Notes: generated from the sequence alone by a model not told the origin. A stretch of 41,069 bases of DNA from Octopus bimaculoides (GCF_001194135.2 NC_068998.1:41055891-41096959), one strand, 5' to 3'. Positions 1-13,050 are shown, counted from the first letter of the stretch. Translations and numbers: made by a program.

Positions 1-109
1 TATATATATATATATATGTATATATATATCAAAATTCAATGCGGAAGAAATCTGAGTGAAGAAAATGAAATCCTAAGGTTTGATATATATTCCTGATCAT
101 TTTCTTTCC

Positions 110-385
110 CAGTCTGTCGTTCTAGTCTTCAAAAAGGCAAACAAATCTCTTGCAGTGAACTACCGTCCGATTTCACTCAGCTTTCATATCATTAAAGTAT
201 TTGAGAGGGTAGTGAGATCGCGAATAACTCATTTCCTAGAAGACAACAATCTGCTGAACCCCAACCAGCATGGTTTCCGTGATGGCAGAGACTGCCTGTC
301 GCAGCTTCTGCACCATTTTGATGACATCTTAAAAGCCCCGGGAGAAGGCTCCAATACTGATGTCATATACCTTGATCTCCCGAAA
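110..385 (+). mobile_element. CR1/L2-group LINE reverse transcriptase fragment
   Basis: Translation VFKKANKSLAVNYRPISL...KVFERVV...LLNPNQHGFRDGRDCLSQLL...DVIYLDLPK matches the YRPISL / QHGFR.GRSC / YLDF.KAFD motifs of CR1-type RT; it breaks off at the YLD motif. Confidence 0.85.
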
Positions 386-559
386 TAAAAAAAATGGAAT
401 ATTGTCCTTGACAAGAGAAAAGATAGAAGAGGAGACAGATGAGAATGCGTTTGGTCTGTAAGACAGACTGAAAGAAAAGAAAGATGATCACGTGAGGAAA
501 AGAAAGATGGACGATGGTCACGTGTGACGGACGAGAGAGAGTAAAGGAGAAAGAGAGAG

Positions 560-600
<41 letters not shown>

Positions 601-607
601 AAACGGT

Positions 608-720
608 GAAGGGGAGAAAAAAGAATTAGAGAAAGGATGAGAGAGAAAAAACGAAAGGAGGAGAAGGGGAGAAAGAAAAACGAATTAGAGAAAGGAAGAG
701 AGAGAAAACGAAAGGGGAGA
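608..720 (+). repeat. Two diverged ~55-bp GA-rich tandem units
   Basis: gaaggggagaaa..gaattagagaaagga.gagagagaaaa.cgaaagg occurs at ~608 and ~663. Confidence 0.6.
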
Positions 721-2108
721 GAGAGGACAGTACAGTGTAGAGTCGCATCAAAATTATTAAGATAAACTTACTTGGAAATGGATGCGTGGCGTTCAATCAC
801 ATTATACTATAAATAAAAGATATATATGCATATATACATACATATATGTATATATATATGCATATATGGGTCAGAAAACGTAAGCAACATTAAATACGAA
901 GACAAACTTTTCTATGCGAACAACAAAAGAAACAAATGGAAAACAAGACAAGTAACATATATATATATATATATATATATANNNNNNNNNNNNNNNNNNN
1001 NNNNNNNNNNNNNNNNNNNNNNNNNNNNNNNNNNNNNNNNNNNNNNNNNNNNNNNNNNNNNNNNNNNNNNNNNNNNNNNNNNNNNNNNNNNNNNNNNNNN
1101 NNNNNNNNNNNNNNNNNNNNNNNNNNNNNNNNNNNNNNNNNNNNNNNNNNNNNNNNNNNNNNNNNNNNNNNNNNNNNNNNNNNNNNNNNNNNNNNNNNNN
1201 NNNNNNNNNNNNNNNNNNNNNNNNNNNNNNNNNNNNNNNNNNNNNNNNNNNNNNNNNNNNNNNNNNNNNNNNNNNNNNNNNNNNNNNNNNNNNNNNNNNN
1301 NNNNNNNNNNNNNNNNNNNNNNNNNNNNNNNNNNNNNNNNNNNNNNNNNNNNNNNNNNNNNNNNNNNNNNNNNNNNNNNNNNNNNNNNNNNNNNNNNNNN
1401 NNNNNNNNNNNNNNNNNNNNNNNNNNNNNNNNNNNNNNNNNNNNNNNNNNNNNNNNNNNNNNNNNNNNNNNNNNNNNNNNNNNNNNNNNNNNNNNNNNNN
1501 NNNNNNNNNNNNNNNNNNNNNNNNNNNNNNNNNNNNNNNNNNNNNNNNNNNNNNNNNNNNNNNNNNNNNNNNNNNNNNNNNNNNNNNNNNNNNNNNNNNN
1601 NNNNNNNNNNNNNNNNNNNNNNNNNNNNNNNNNNNNNNNNNNNNNNNNNNNNNNNNNNNNNNNNNNNNNNNNNNNNNNNNNNNNNNNNNNNNNNNNNNNN
1701 NNNNNNNNNNNNNNNNNNNNNNNNNNNNNNNNNNNNNNNNNNNNNNNNNNNNNNNNNNNNNNNNNNNNNNNNNNNNNNNNNNNNNNNNNNNNNNNNNNNN
1801 NNNNNNNNNNNNNNNNNNNNNNNNNNNNNNNNNNNNNNNNNNNNNNNNNNNNNNNNNNNNNNNNNNNNNNNNNNNNNNNNNNNNNNNNNNNNNNNNNNNN
1901 NNNNNNNNNNNNNNNNNNNNNNNNNNNNNNNNNNNNNNNNNNNNNNNNNNNNNNNNNNNNNNNNNNNNNNNNNNNNNNNTATATATATATATTTATATAT
2001 ATATATATATATATATGTATATGTGTGTATATATATGGACCTAATATATATACGTGTGTATGTATGCATATTTTTAGGTGTGTGTGTGTGTGTTTGTATG
2101 TATGTGTG

Positions 2109-2147
<39 letters not shown>

Positions 2148-2539
2148 AGGTATATATGGATACGGAAGTATGTATAGAGGTATACATATATATGTAGAAA
2201 GTTAGAAAAAAAAACGAAAATGAAAGGGAGAAAGAGAGAGAGAGGGAGAGAGGGGGAGAGAGCGAGAGAGAATGCGTAGTAAAAAGATGAAAGATACGAC
2301 AGAAGAGAAAAGGGTTGTGAGATGGAGAGATGAAGTAGATATGAAAACATACATGATAAAATGATTTCAGTGTATATATACATGTGACACACACGTATAT
2401 ATATTTATATATATGTGCGTGTGTGTGTGTATAATATATATATTTGTATGCACCCCCACACACACATACTAGCACATACGTATATAGATGTAATGTGTGT
2501 GAGTGTGCATTTGTATCAATATTTTTAATGATCTGCACA

Positions 2540-2856
<317 letters not shown>

Positions 2857-2898
2857 CAAAAGAGAACAAAGTGTGGATTTGCAGAAATTATATAGGAA

Positions 2899-3384
2899 TG
2901 TAAAAACTTACTGCTGACAAAGGCTGCGTGGCGTTCAATTATAAATAATTAAAAACACGCATTAATTACAGGACATCACCAGCGAGTGAAAAATACGTAA
3001 ACTCACTACTCAAAAAACAAAAAAACAAAAGACAAATACGCTCTAAGTACAGGATATTTCCAACGAGTGAAAAATGCGTAAACACACAGAGATAAGCACA
3101 GTACAAAATACCAAAGGAAGGTTAACTCCTCCTCAGTTGTCGACTGTTCATTACTAGCTGTTTCGAGCTTTCAACGATAAGACAGGAAAGCTTCATTAGA
3201 CAGCAGTATCCAGACATTTTGAAAATATAAAATGTATGGAGAGTTAGGGCTTCGAACGAACAAACGATACCAGAGTGGACGTGCAGAGTAAACAATCGAC
3301 AAAGACGGACATTAAGGGCCGTTAGGCCAAGACGAATTGTTATGGGTAACAACGCCACGCAGCCTTTGTCAACAGTAAGTTTTT

Positions 3385-3387
<3 letters not shown>
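2899..3387. mobile_element. 489-bp element bounded by 37-bp inverted repeats (unclassified; possibly Penelope-derived)
   Basis: 2899-2935 TGTAAAAACTTACTGCTGACAAAGGCTGCGTGGCGTT and the reverse complement of 3351-3387 match 36/37; internal direct repeat cgagtgaaaaat.cgtaaac; HHR-like motif at 3148-3203. Confidence 0.7.
3148..3203 (-). ncRNA. Degenerate type I hammerhead-like motif
   Basis: Minus strand: CUAAUGA-AGCUUUC-(13 nt)-GAAAGCU-C-GAAAC-AGCUA-GUA; 7-bp stem II, G5A in the core, weak stem I. Confidence 0.5.
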
Positions 3388-3421
<34 letters not shown>

Positions 3422-3641
3422 AATGTATATATATGTACATATATATAGATGTGTGTATAAGATATATATACATATACATAATATATGTAATATGTAAACA
3501 ACATATACACAAATAATATGCAATGCACGCTATAATTGCATATGTACATATATACGTACATGTATATTTATACCTAGACATATTGGCGTAAACACCACAC
3601 AGATGTCTATAAGTACATGTTACGAAACACACACACACACT

Positions 3642-3676
<35 letters not shown>

Positions 3677-4799
3677 TCGCACGCGCGCACGCACACAGGC
3701 AACACGCACTCACCACAAACGCAAAGTGACACACAGACATACGTGCATATATAATGCTGCCTATGTATTCATGTTTAATGAATAAAAAGAAGATTAAATC
3801 GAAGTATTTTCCATTGAAATGCAACTTTTACAGCCACGTTGAAAAAGCTTAGCTTTTCTAATGATTCCGTACTTCAGGCATTTTTGTGAATATCTGATTG
3901 GATCTAAGCGACCTTACGTCGTGTATTATTTGCGCGCGCGCGCGTATTTCTGTATCATGTTGTGTTTTGGTGTCTGTATGTTNNNNNNNNNNNNNNNNNN
4001 NNNNNNNNNNNNNNNNNNNNNNNNNNNNNNNNNNNNNNNNNNNNNNNNNNNNNNNNNNNNNNNNNNNNNNNNNNNNNNNNNNNNNNNNNNNNNNNNNNNN
4101 NNNNNNNNNNNNNNNNNNNNNNNNNNNNNNNNNNNNNNNNNNNNNNNNNNNNNNNNNNNNNNNNNNNNNNNNNNNNNNNNNNNNNNNNNNNNNNNNNNNN
4201 NNNNNNNNNATATATATATATATATATATAAATAGATGTATGCATGTATATAATCATATTACATGTATGTATATATGTATGCTTCTATTTAGTGTATGCA
4301 TAAATATATGCATTTCTGTATATATGCCTGTATAAATGCATGAGTGTATGTATGTAAGGATGTTTGCATGTATTTATACATATATGTATGTGTGTATGTG
4401 CGTATGTATGCGGGTGTGTAAAGATTTACTGCAAGTCTAGTGTAAGCTGTTTAGGCTACGTCTGTACGACGCCTACTTGTGTACAGAAGGTTAAGAATAA
4501 ATGAAGAGCGTTTTGTTCTATATCAGAGCTTGTGTGATTTGTTACAAATGACAGTAAGTGGATTGTCAAAATAGAGAGAGAAGACCATGATGGAAGAAAA
4601 GTACTGAAGCTTTAGAGCATATGTGAGGGTTAGATCAATCTTGTCAGGCTGGGGATCAGAAAGAATTCCTTTTACTATGCACTGCAATGGACCTGCTTGA
4701 CAGGAGGTTTCTGATCCAAAGTAATATATAAGACAGATGAAATATACAAACCGATAATTAATACAGAATGTTCAAATATCTCATGGGAAAAGAAATTGC

Positions 4800-4830
4800 T
4801 CACGTTTCGGACTAGTTCCTTCACCAGAGA
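4800..4830 (-). ncRNA. Degenerate minimal hammerhead-like motif
   Basis: Minus strand: CUGGUGA-A-GGA-ACUAG-UCC-GAAAC-GUG; A6G, G at position 17, weak stem I. Confidence 0.35.
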
Positions 4831-5457
4831 GAATATATGTTTGTGTATATATATGGGTGTACTTGTGTGTATGTGTATATGTATGAGACCTTGGCTTATC
4901 GCTATATGCTTGTTGTGAAGTATTAGGCTGTGTGAGAAGGGATAGTGGAAGAGTAAGGAAGATAAAGGGGAAAATAAGAGTAGGGGTGGAAAGGGAATAA
5001 GTGTATGAAGGAAAAAGGAACATAAATCATAGCGTTCCTTTCATGAATGCAGGGAATGAAATGCGGTAGTAAGAACATCAAAAAGAGCAGACGACAGCAA
5101 TAACAGTCAATAACGACAGACGATAAGAGGCAATAATAACTACAAAAGCAATAGCAACAAAGCAGCAGCAACACCGACAACAAGAACAAGAACAAGAACA
5201 AGAACAACAACAGTACAGGTTAACAACCACAAAAGCAATAACAACAGCATCAATAATAACAGCAAGAAAAGACTACAACAGCAGCAACAGTAGCAACAGT
5301 AACAATGGTAACAACAACAGATACAGTAAGAACAACAACGACAATAATAACAGTAACAATAACAACAGCAGCAGCAGCAGCAGCAGCAATAAAGCAACAA
5401 CAACAACAGTAACAACAACGGTCTGATCAGCATCCCTTACTTAATAACTTGTATCTA

Positions 5458-5685
5458 TTGGGTTGTCCGGAAAGTTCGTGCCGATTTATAGTAGCTTACC
5501 TTTCGACTTATTTGCCATGAAACCACCTCAATTCTGGGAAGAGGGTATTTTCAAGTTAAAGGAAAGATGGAGACGCATTGTGCAACAAAATGGTTCATAT
5601 TTGGTTGATTAAAAATGTAATGCTAAGTATTTATTGACCTTTTTCTTTCCTTTAAAAATCGGCACGAACTTTCCGGACAACCCAA
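5458..5685 (+). mobile_element. 228-bp internally deleted mariner (MITE-like) with perfect 30-bp TIRs and TA TSD
   Basis: TIR TTGGGTTGTCCGGAAAGTTCGTGCCGATTT at 5458-5487 and its exact reverse complement at 5656-5685; TA at 5456-57 and 5686-87; 5511-5612 encodes FAMKPPQFWEEGIFKLKERWRRIVQQNGSYLVD* (mariner C-terminus). Confidence 0.95.
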
Positions 5686-6196
5686 TAGTACAACAAGTAA
5701 TTCTATAATCTTTGTATTCGATTGGTTCTCAACAATGTGTTGGTTTCGCTATTATTGTTTAGTGGGTGGAAATGTAAACATCATAATCCCCTCCTTTCTT
5801 CCCCTATCAATAAATCGGTGGATTTACATTAGAAGACCTAAATGAACTAGGGACACTCTAGGTGGTAGATTCACATACAAGAAATAGCGGCCGTATCCCT
5901 CTCCCATCGCTTCGTTTTATCTCTCTCTCTCTCGTTCCCCCTCTAACGCACATACTATACCGTTTGTTATTTTCTGAAAGAAGGGCACATTAGGACAACA
6001 TAGTTCTAAATATATATAACACTTTCTTTTTCTCTCTCTTTCTTCTGCTCACTGTCTCTCCCTCTTACACGCACACAAACACACATACACATACACACAC
6101 ACCCATACACACACTCACAGACACGCATACTCATACACATACACACACATTCATGCACATACTCTCTCTACATTTATCTATTTATCTATCTATCTA

Positions 6197-6260
<64 letters not shown>

Positions 6261-6905
6261 TCTATCTATATTGACGAATGTGCTAACAGCTGAGATGAAG
6301 GCACATGCAAGGGTGGTGATATGAAATATCCCAGACTGAGGAAATCAGAAGGATCACGTTGTTGCTCCAGTATGACAGCAGCCGCATGGCTGAAACGAGT
6401 AAAAGAGTATATATATATATATNNNNNNNNNNNNNNNNNNNNNNNNNNNNNNNNNNNNNNNNNNNNNNNNNNNNNNNNNNNNNNNNNNNNNNNNNNNNNN
6501 NNNNNNNNNNNNNNNNNNNNNNNNNNNNNNNNNNNNNNNNNNNNNNNNNNNNNNNNNNNNNNNNNNNNNNNNNNNNNNNNNNNNNNNNNNNNNNNNNNNN
6601 NNNNNNNNNNNNNNNNNNNNNNNNNNNNNNNNNNNNNNNNNNNNNNNNNNNNNNNNNNNNNNNNNNNNNNNNNNNNNNNNNNNNNNNNNNNNNNNNNNNN
6701 NNNNNNNNNNNNNNNNNNNNNNNNNNNNNNNNNNNNNNNNNNNNNNNNNNNNNNNNNNNNNNNNNNNNNNNNNNNNNNNNNNNNNNNNNNNNNNNNNNNN
6801 NNNNNNNNNNNNNNNNNNNNNNNNNNNNNNNNNNNNNNNNNNNNNNNNNNNNNNNNNNNNNNNNNNNNNNNNNNNNNNNNNNNNNNNNNNNNNNNNNNNN
6901 NNNNN

Positions 6906-6970
<65 letters not shown>

Positions 6971-7052
6971 AGGAAAAAATATAGATAGACAAAGAAAGAG
7001 GGAGACAGCCGGGAAAATTATTATCAGTTATTCAGTGTTCATGTGATGATAA

Positions 7053-7090
7053 TTATCCATATTGTTTCGCGAATCATTCTTCATCAGTAA
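7053..7090 (-). ncRNA. Degenerate hammerhead-like motif
   Basis: Minus strand: UUA-CUGAUGA-AGAAUGAUUCGC-GAAAC-AAUAU-GGA-UAA; both core boxes intact, stem II imperfect, U16.1 replaced by G. Confidence 0.45.
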
Positions 7091-7301
7091 ATAATGACTG
7101 AGATATAACTGAGGAAGGTTGAGTGGCCAACTGTCAAAATCACATCTAGCTGCTAGCATAGCGCAAGTTTCTAACGTCGATCACTTAATAGTATGACGTC
7201 TGCGCTTGTAGTAATATCTCTATCAAAATTTTGCAAAATGTATTGCTTCAAAGGAAGCGATACTGCATGTTTCTTTAACAGTCATTATTACTTTCGGACC
7301 T

Positions 7302-7515
7302 AAGGCGGCGAGCGGGCAGACTCGTTAACATACTAGACGAAATTCTTAGCGGTATTTCGCCTACGTTCTGATTTCAAATTCCGCCAGGGTCTACTTTGCT
7401 ATTCATCCTTTCAGGGGTCGATAAATTAAGTACCAGTTACGCTCTGGGGTCGAGGTAATCGACTGGTCCCCCCAAATAAATTACAGGCTTTGTGTCTACA
7501 GTAGAAAGGATTATT
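7302..7515 (+). mobile_element. tRNA-derived SINE, family A (GGCGGCGAGCTGGCAG head; CATCCTTTCGGGGTCGATAAA central domain)
   Basis: Homologous to copies at 14640, 14838, 26155 and 32350. Confidence 0.85.
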
Positions 7516-7825
7516 TCTTTTCGACCATGATTTCGTTTAAACAGCATTCCTTTCAATCGTACACGTTAGCGGATTCAAAAGAAAAGATTTTTAATAATGT
7601 AAATGGTGTAAATAGCGATTCACTGCATTTTCGAGTCGTCATGACATTCTTACTTTTACTGGCTTAAATCAGTGGCTGCAGCCATGATGGTGCATCTTCT
7701 ATCTGAATTAATCCACTAAAATATTAATTTTTCAAATTCTACATTGTTATATACATTAAGCTGACAAAATTTTAAGATATACATATATACATACATATAT
7801 ATATATATAGACATATATTCACATA

Positions 7826-7871
<46 letters not shown>

Positions 7872-7895
7872 TATATATATACATATATTCACATA

Positions 7896-7932
<37 letters not shown>

Positions 7933-7967
7933 TTAATAAAATAGATAGAAAAAAAAGATTTTATTTA

Positions 7968-8010
7968 GTACTACACTAGTTTCGACACGTTCTAGGCCTC
8001 TTCGAGTACA
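7968..8010 (-). ncRNA. Degenerate minimal hammerhead-like motif
   Basis: Minus strand: CUCGAAGA-GGC-CUAGAACGU-GUC-GAAAC-UA-GUG; palindromic ACUAGU stem III, disrupted core. Confidence 0.3.
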
Positions 8011-8496
8011 TAAATAAAAAAATAAAAAAATAAATAAATATCGCTAAATGTCCGTCAACTTTTGGAATATATATATATATATATGTGTGTGTGTTTGTGT
8101 GTGTACGTGTGTGTACATATATATATATATGTATGCATGTATATATATATATACACACATACATACAAGTACACATACATAGACTTATGAACGCGCGTAA
8201 ATACCCTGATGTTCGGAAAATAATGCAGCCATGCTGAAAGTTGAATTATATAAGTAGATTGTTTAACGCCCAAACTGATTTACATAATGAAATCTTATGA
8301 AATCTTCTTGTCTTATTTCAATTGAAAATATTGATTTGCGAATGGAAAGAATTATGCATACATGCATACATACATACATGCATACGTATATATATATATA
8401 TATATATATACATTCATACATACACACGCACATACACGCATGCATAGGCACACAGACACACAAACATATACACACACATACATATATACATATATA

Positions 8497-8658
8497 CGAC
8501 GGGCTTCTTCCAGTTTCCGTCTACGAAATCCACTCACACGGCTTTGGTCAGCCCGAGGCTATAGTAGAAGACACTTGCCCAAGGTGCCACGCAGTGGGAC
8601 TGAACCCGGAACCACGTGGTTGGTAAGCAAGCTACTTACCACACAGCCACTCCTGCGC

Positions 8659-8660
<2 letters not shown>
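8497..8660 (-). mobile_element. tRNA-derived SINE, family B, 5' half
   Basis: Reverse complement gives AGGCGCAGGAGTGGCTGTGTGGTAAG...GGTTCAGTCCC (A/B-box-like); homologous to 9063-9200. Confidence 0.9.
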
Positions 8661-8710
<50 letters not shown>

Positions 8711-9062
8711 ATATATATATATATATATATATATCAATATTCAATTTATAGGGAAGATCCAGTGAAATAATTACAAGGTAGCCGGATGTCGCATAAGTGT
8801 CCTAGGAATCAGTGATCAAACTTGTGTGGGAGTTAATTCCGGGAAGAAGCGAGACGTATTTTGGAGAACGTAGGGGAAATTGAAAACGGAGACAAACGAT
8901 CAAGATGTTAAATCATTTATATCTTCATATCATCGAAATATGTCGCGATGGATGTATTCAAAATAAATCCGACAGGATAAACAATGTGGGGCAATGCATC
9001 AATCTCATCGGGGAGGATATAAACAACATTGTGCATCAATTACACATTTTAACAGATGTCTG

Positions 9063-9450
9063 AGTGTTGGCTGTGTGGTAAGTAGCTTGCTTACGAAACA
9101 CATGGTTCCGGGTTCAGTCCCACTGCGTGTCACCTTGGGCAAGTGTCTTCTATTATAGCCTCGGCCCGACCAAAGCCTTTGGTAGACGGAAACTGAAAGA
9201 AGCCCATGTATGTGTGTGTATATGTTTGTGTGTCTGTGTTTGTCCCCCCAACATCGGTTGACAACCGATGCTGGTGTGTTTACGTCCCCGTAACTTAGTG
9301 GTTCGGGAAAAGATGACCGATAGAATAAGTACTAGGCTTACAAAGAATAAGTACTAGGCTTACAAAGAATAAGTCCTGGGTTCGAATTGCTCGCCTAAAG
9401 GTGGTGCTCCAGCATGGCCACAGTCAAATGACTGAAACAAGTAAAAGAGT
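9063..9450 (+). mobile_element. Near full-length SINE, family B
   Basis: tRNA-like head, internal (TG)n tract, tail ...CCAGCATGGCCACAGTCAAATGACTGAAACAAGTAAAAGAG; 22-bp internal duplication at 9323-9366. Confidence 0.9.
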
Positions 9451-9477
9451 AAAACAGAGTATATATATACACACACA

Positions 9478-9623
<146 letters not shown>

Positions 9624-10300
9624 CATATATAGATATAGATATATGTACACACACACACATATATGTGTATGCGTGTGTCTAACTTTGTGCATTGTGTATG
9701 TATAATATGTGTATACCAAATGTAGATCTAATTGATATATACATATATGTATACATTTTATATATGAGTGTATGTATATGTGTTTGCATGTATATATATT
9801 TGTGTATATACATGCGTGTAAGCTTGTATAGATGCAGACACATATATACGTATATATATGTATGTATATACATATACGTATGTATTTAAGTGTGTATATA
9901 CATAAATACATACACACATACATACACACTAACGCACACACATACATGAATATATTGTTCTTTTCATTGACAATTGAATATTATCGATTGGAATAAGACA
10001 GTAAGACTGCATAAGATTTCATTATGTAAAGCAGTTTGGGCGTTAAGCAATCTACCTATACAATTTAACTTTCAACACGGCTACTTTATTTTACAAAAGT
10101 CGTCTATTTATATGCATAGCCATATACTCACATAGATGAATGCATACATATTGCATACATATATATGTAGGAATGTGTATCCAAATGTATATATGTATTA
10201 GCATATAAATGCCTAAAATGTATAAGCATATATATATATGTATATTGCTAGCCACTAAACCTTTTTTAAAATTTTCTCTCTCTGTATATTTCCTGTGTTC

Positions 10301-10336
10301 CTTTCTGTTGAAGAGCGTAGGTTCGAAACGTAAAAG
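10301..10336 (+). ncRNA. Minimal type I hammerhead-like motif (variant core) inside an interspersed repeat at ~10245-10440
   Basis: CUUU-CUGUUGA-A-GAGC-GUAG-GUUC-GAAAC-GUA-AAAG: stem I CUUU/AAAG, stem II GAGC/GUUC, palindromic ACGU stem III, GUA triplet; A6 is U. Confidence 0.6.
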
Positions 10337-10461
10337 ATTTTCTCACTTCCTGAGCGTTAAACTAATACATCTGCTCGTTGTTTACACACCCGTCTTCGCC
10401 TTTTGTTTTGTTTATTTTTTTTGTAAATTCCAACTATACATACAAACACACACACACACAA

Positions 10462-10536
<75 letters not shown>

Positions 10537-10548
10537 GATATACAAATA

Positions 10549-10679
10549 CAAAAGCGTGCTGAAAAGTTCCTGGCTTTAAGGGTATCGCGAAAGGCCGGGT
10601 TGGAGGACCAACCTCCCAGGTTCTTTTACAAGGTTTAGAAAATCTGAGAGGGGGAATGTGTTGAATAAAATCATAATCA
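10549..10679 (+). mobile_element. mariner-derived MITE, left part (right end lost in the gap)
   Basis: TA followed by ...GTGCTGAAAAGTTCCTGGCTT TIR-like start, then the transposase C-terminal remnant LEDQPPRFFYK..NLRGECVE*. Confidence 0.7.
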
Positions 10680-11945
10680 NNNNNNNNNNNNNNNNNNNNN
10701 NNNNNNNNNNNNNNNNNNNNNNNNNNNNNNNNNNNNNNNNNNNNNNNNNNNNNNNNNNNNNNNNNNNNNNNNNNNNNNNNNNNNNNNNNNNNNNNNNNNN
10801 NNNNNNNNNNNNNNNNNNNNNNNNNNNNNNNNNNNNNNNNNNNNNNNNNNNNNNNNNNNNNNNNNNNNNNNNNNNNNNNNNNNNNNNNNNNNNNNNNNNN
10901 NNNNNNNNNNNNNNNNNNNNNNNNNNNNNNNNNNNNNNNNNNNNNNNNNNNNNNNNNNNNNNNNNNNNNNNNNNNNNNNNNNNNNNNNNNNNNNNNNNNN
11001 NNNNNNNNNNNNNNNNNNNNNNNNNNNNNNNNNNNNNNNNNNNNNNNNNNNNNNNNNNNNNNNNNNNNNNNNNNNNNNNNNNNNNNNNNNNNNNNNNNNN
11101 NNNNNNNNNNNNNNNNNNNNNNNNNNNNNNNNNNNNNNNNNNNNNNNNNNNNNNNNNNNNNNNNNNNNNNNNNNNNNNNNNNNNNNNNNNNNNNNNNNNN
11201 NNNNNNNNNNNNNNNNNNNNNNNNNNNNNNNNNNNNNNNNNNNNNNNNNNNNNNNNNNNNNNNNNNNNNNNNNNNNNNNNNNNNNNNNNNNNNNNNNNNN
11301 NNNNNNNNNNNNNNNNNNNNNNNNNNNNNNNNNNNNNNNNNNNNNNNNNNNNNNNNNNNNNNNNNNNNNNNNNNNNNNNNNNNNNNNNNNNNNNNNNNNN
11401 NNNNNNNNNNNNNNNNNNNNNNNNNNNNNNNNNNNNNNNNNNNNNNNNNNNNNNNNNNNNNNNNNNNNNNNNTATATATATTGCTAAATCCGAAAGACAG
11501 TTCAAAATAAAAAGCTAGTCGGATTTGGAAATAATTACATACAAAGTATAGCACTATCTCCGGGCATATCGTGTGTTTCTAGCAGTGAGGTACTCGCAAA
11601 AAGCCCATGGTCATGTGATGATGTTACTACTACCGCGAATGGAAACTGAATCGTAAGTCTGTGTCGATGGCTATATAATACAGTCTACTACATAAGTCGG
11701 TAATATACGAAAAAAGCCGAAATATCATCAACAGAACACACAGAAATCTGATTGTGTATGTGCGTATGTATATGCGTGAGTATGTGTGTGTGTGCATTTG
11801 TGTATTTATATGTGTGAGCCTGTGCGTCTGTGTGTATTATATACATACACATATTTAGATAAGACTACATATCTACCTACCTACCTACCTACCTACCTAC
11901 CTACCTACCTACCTACGTACCTACGTACGTATCTATCTATCTATA

Positions 11946-11996
<51 letters not shown>

Positions 11997-13013
11997 GTGT
12001 GTGTGTGTATATATATTAATACACGCACGTGTATTGTTACTTGCTTATGAATATATACATGTGTAGATGTATATGTGTATGTATTTTTATATTTAAAATA
12101 CACATACACTCACAAGTATGTTTCTCAATATATCTATACATACGTGTACGTCTATATATCACTCTCTGCACACACACACACATACACAAGCATACGCACG
12201 CATAATACACACACATACATACACACACTCATATACACACACACACACACTCATACGAACATACTTTCATAAGTATGTATATCTGTCTATACAAGAGCAA
12301 CAGATGGTCAAATCAGTCGAGGGTAATTAATGTCAACAAGTCTGTAATTCTACCAAATTAACTTTCTATCAAATTATTCCATCAAAGCATTAAGTCTTTT
12401 TCTCGCATTATGTTGCATGTTTTTAGCAAAATTCGCAATCTGTAGGATAATACTAAAGAGATGCATTAAAAGCTACATCAAATCACAACCAAAAGTGCTT
12501 TAGTAACAAACTGACACTTTGTTCACCTTCAATAAAGAGAAATAAATACATATTTTCTGAAGATCACTAGATTCACTAATAAGCGACCAAGCTGTTAGTT
12601 TAGTTCTTGTAATGCCCACTCATGTGTGTGTGTGTGTATGTGCGCGCGGAAATAGGACATAAAGATACGTATATTCTTTTCATGTTGGTTGTTTGTTATT
12701 GTTATTTTTAGCTGTTTCTAGTGATTGTATTGGCGGCCAAATAGGTCTCAGAACTTACTTTAAAGATATGTTATACACAAAGCTGTTGTGTTTTTGAATA
12801 CAAAAATAATACACACACAAACATGGCGTCAAAATTGGGATGAGTTTTGGCCGATAATTGATAAGGGTTCAGCGTGTGCACGTCCTTTTGTGTGTTTTTT
12901 CCTGTTTTCCGTTGGTTCCCTCGCCGTTCTCCTGTGCAGTATGTTACTTTATATATATTTACACCCTTAGTCAAATTTAGCTGACGGCTATAGTTTTCCT
13001 TTGCAAAGAGCTG

Positions 13014-13050
<37 letters not shown>

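Noticed and set aside
4550-4740. Higher-complexity stretch suspected to be a LINE or exon (also 8755-9060)
   Set aside because: Manual translation in several frames gave no recognisable motif.
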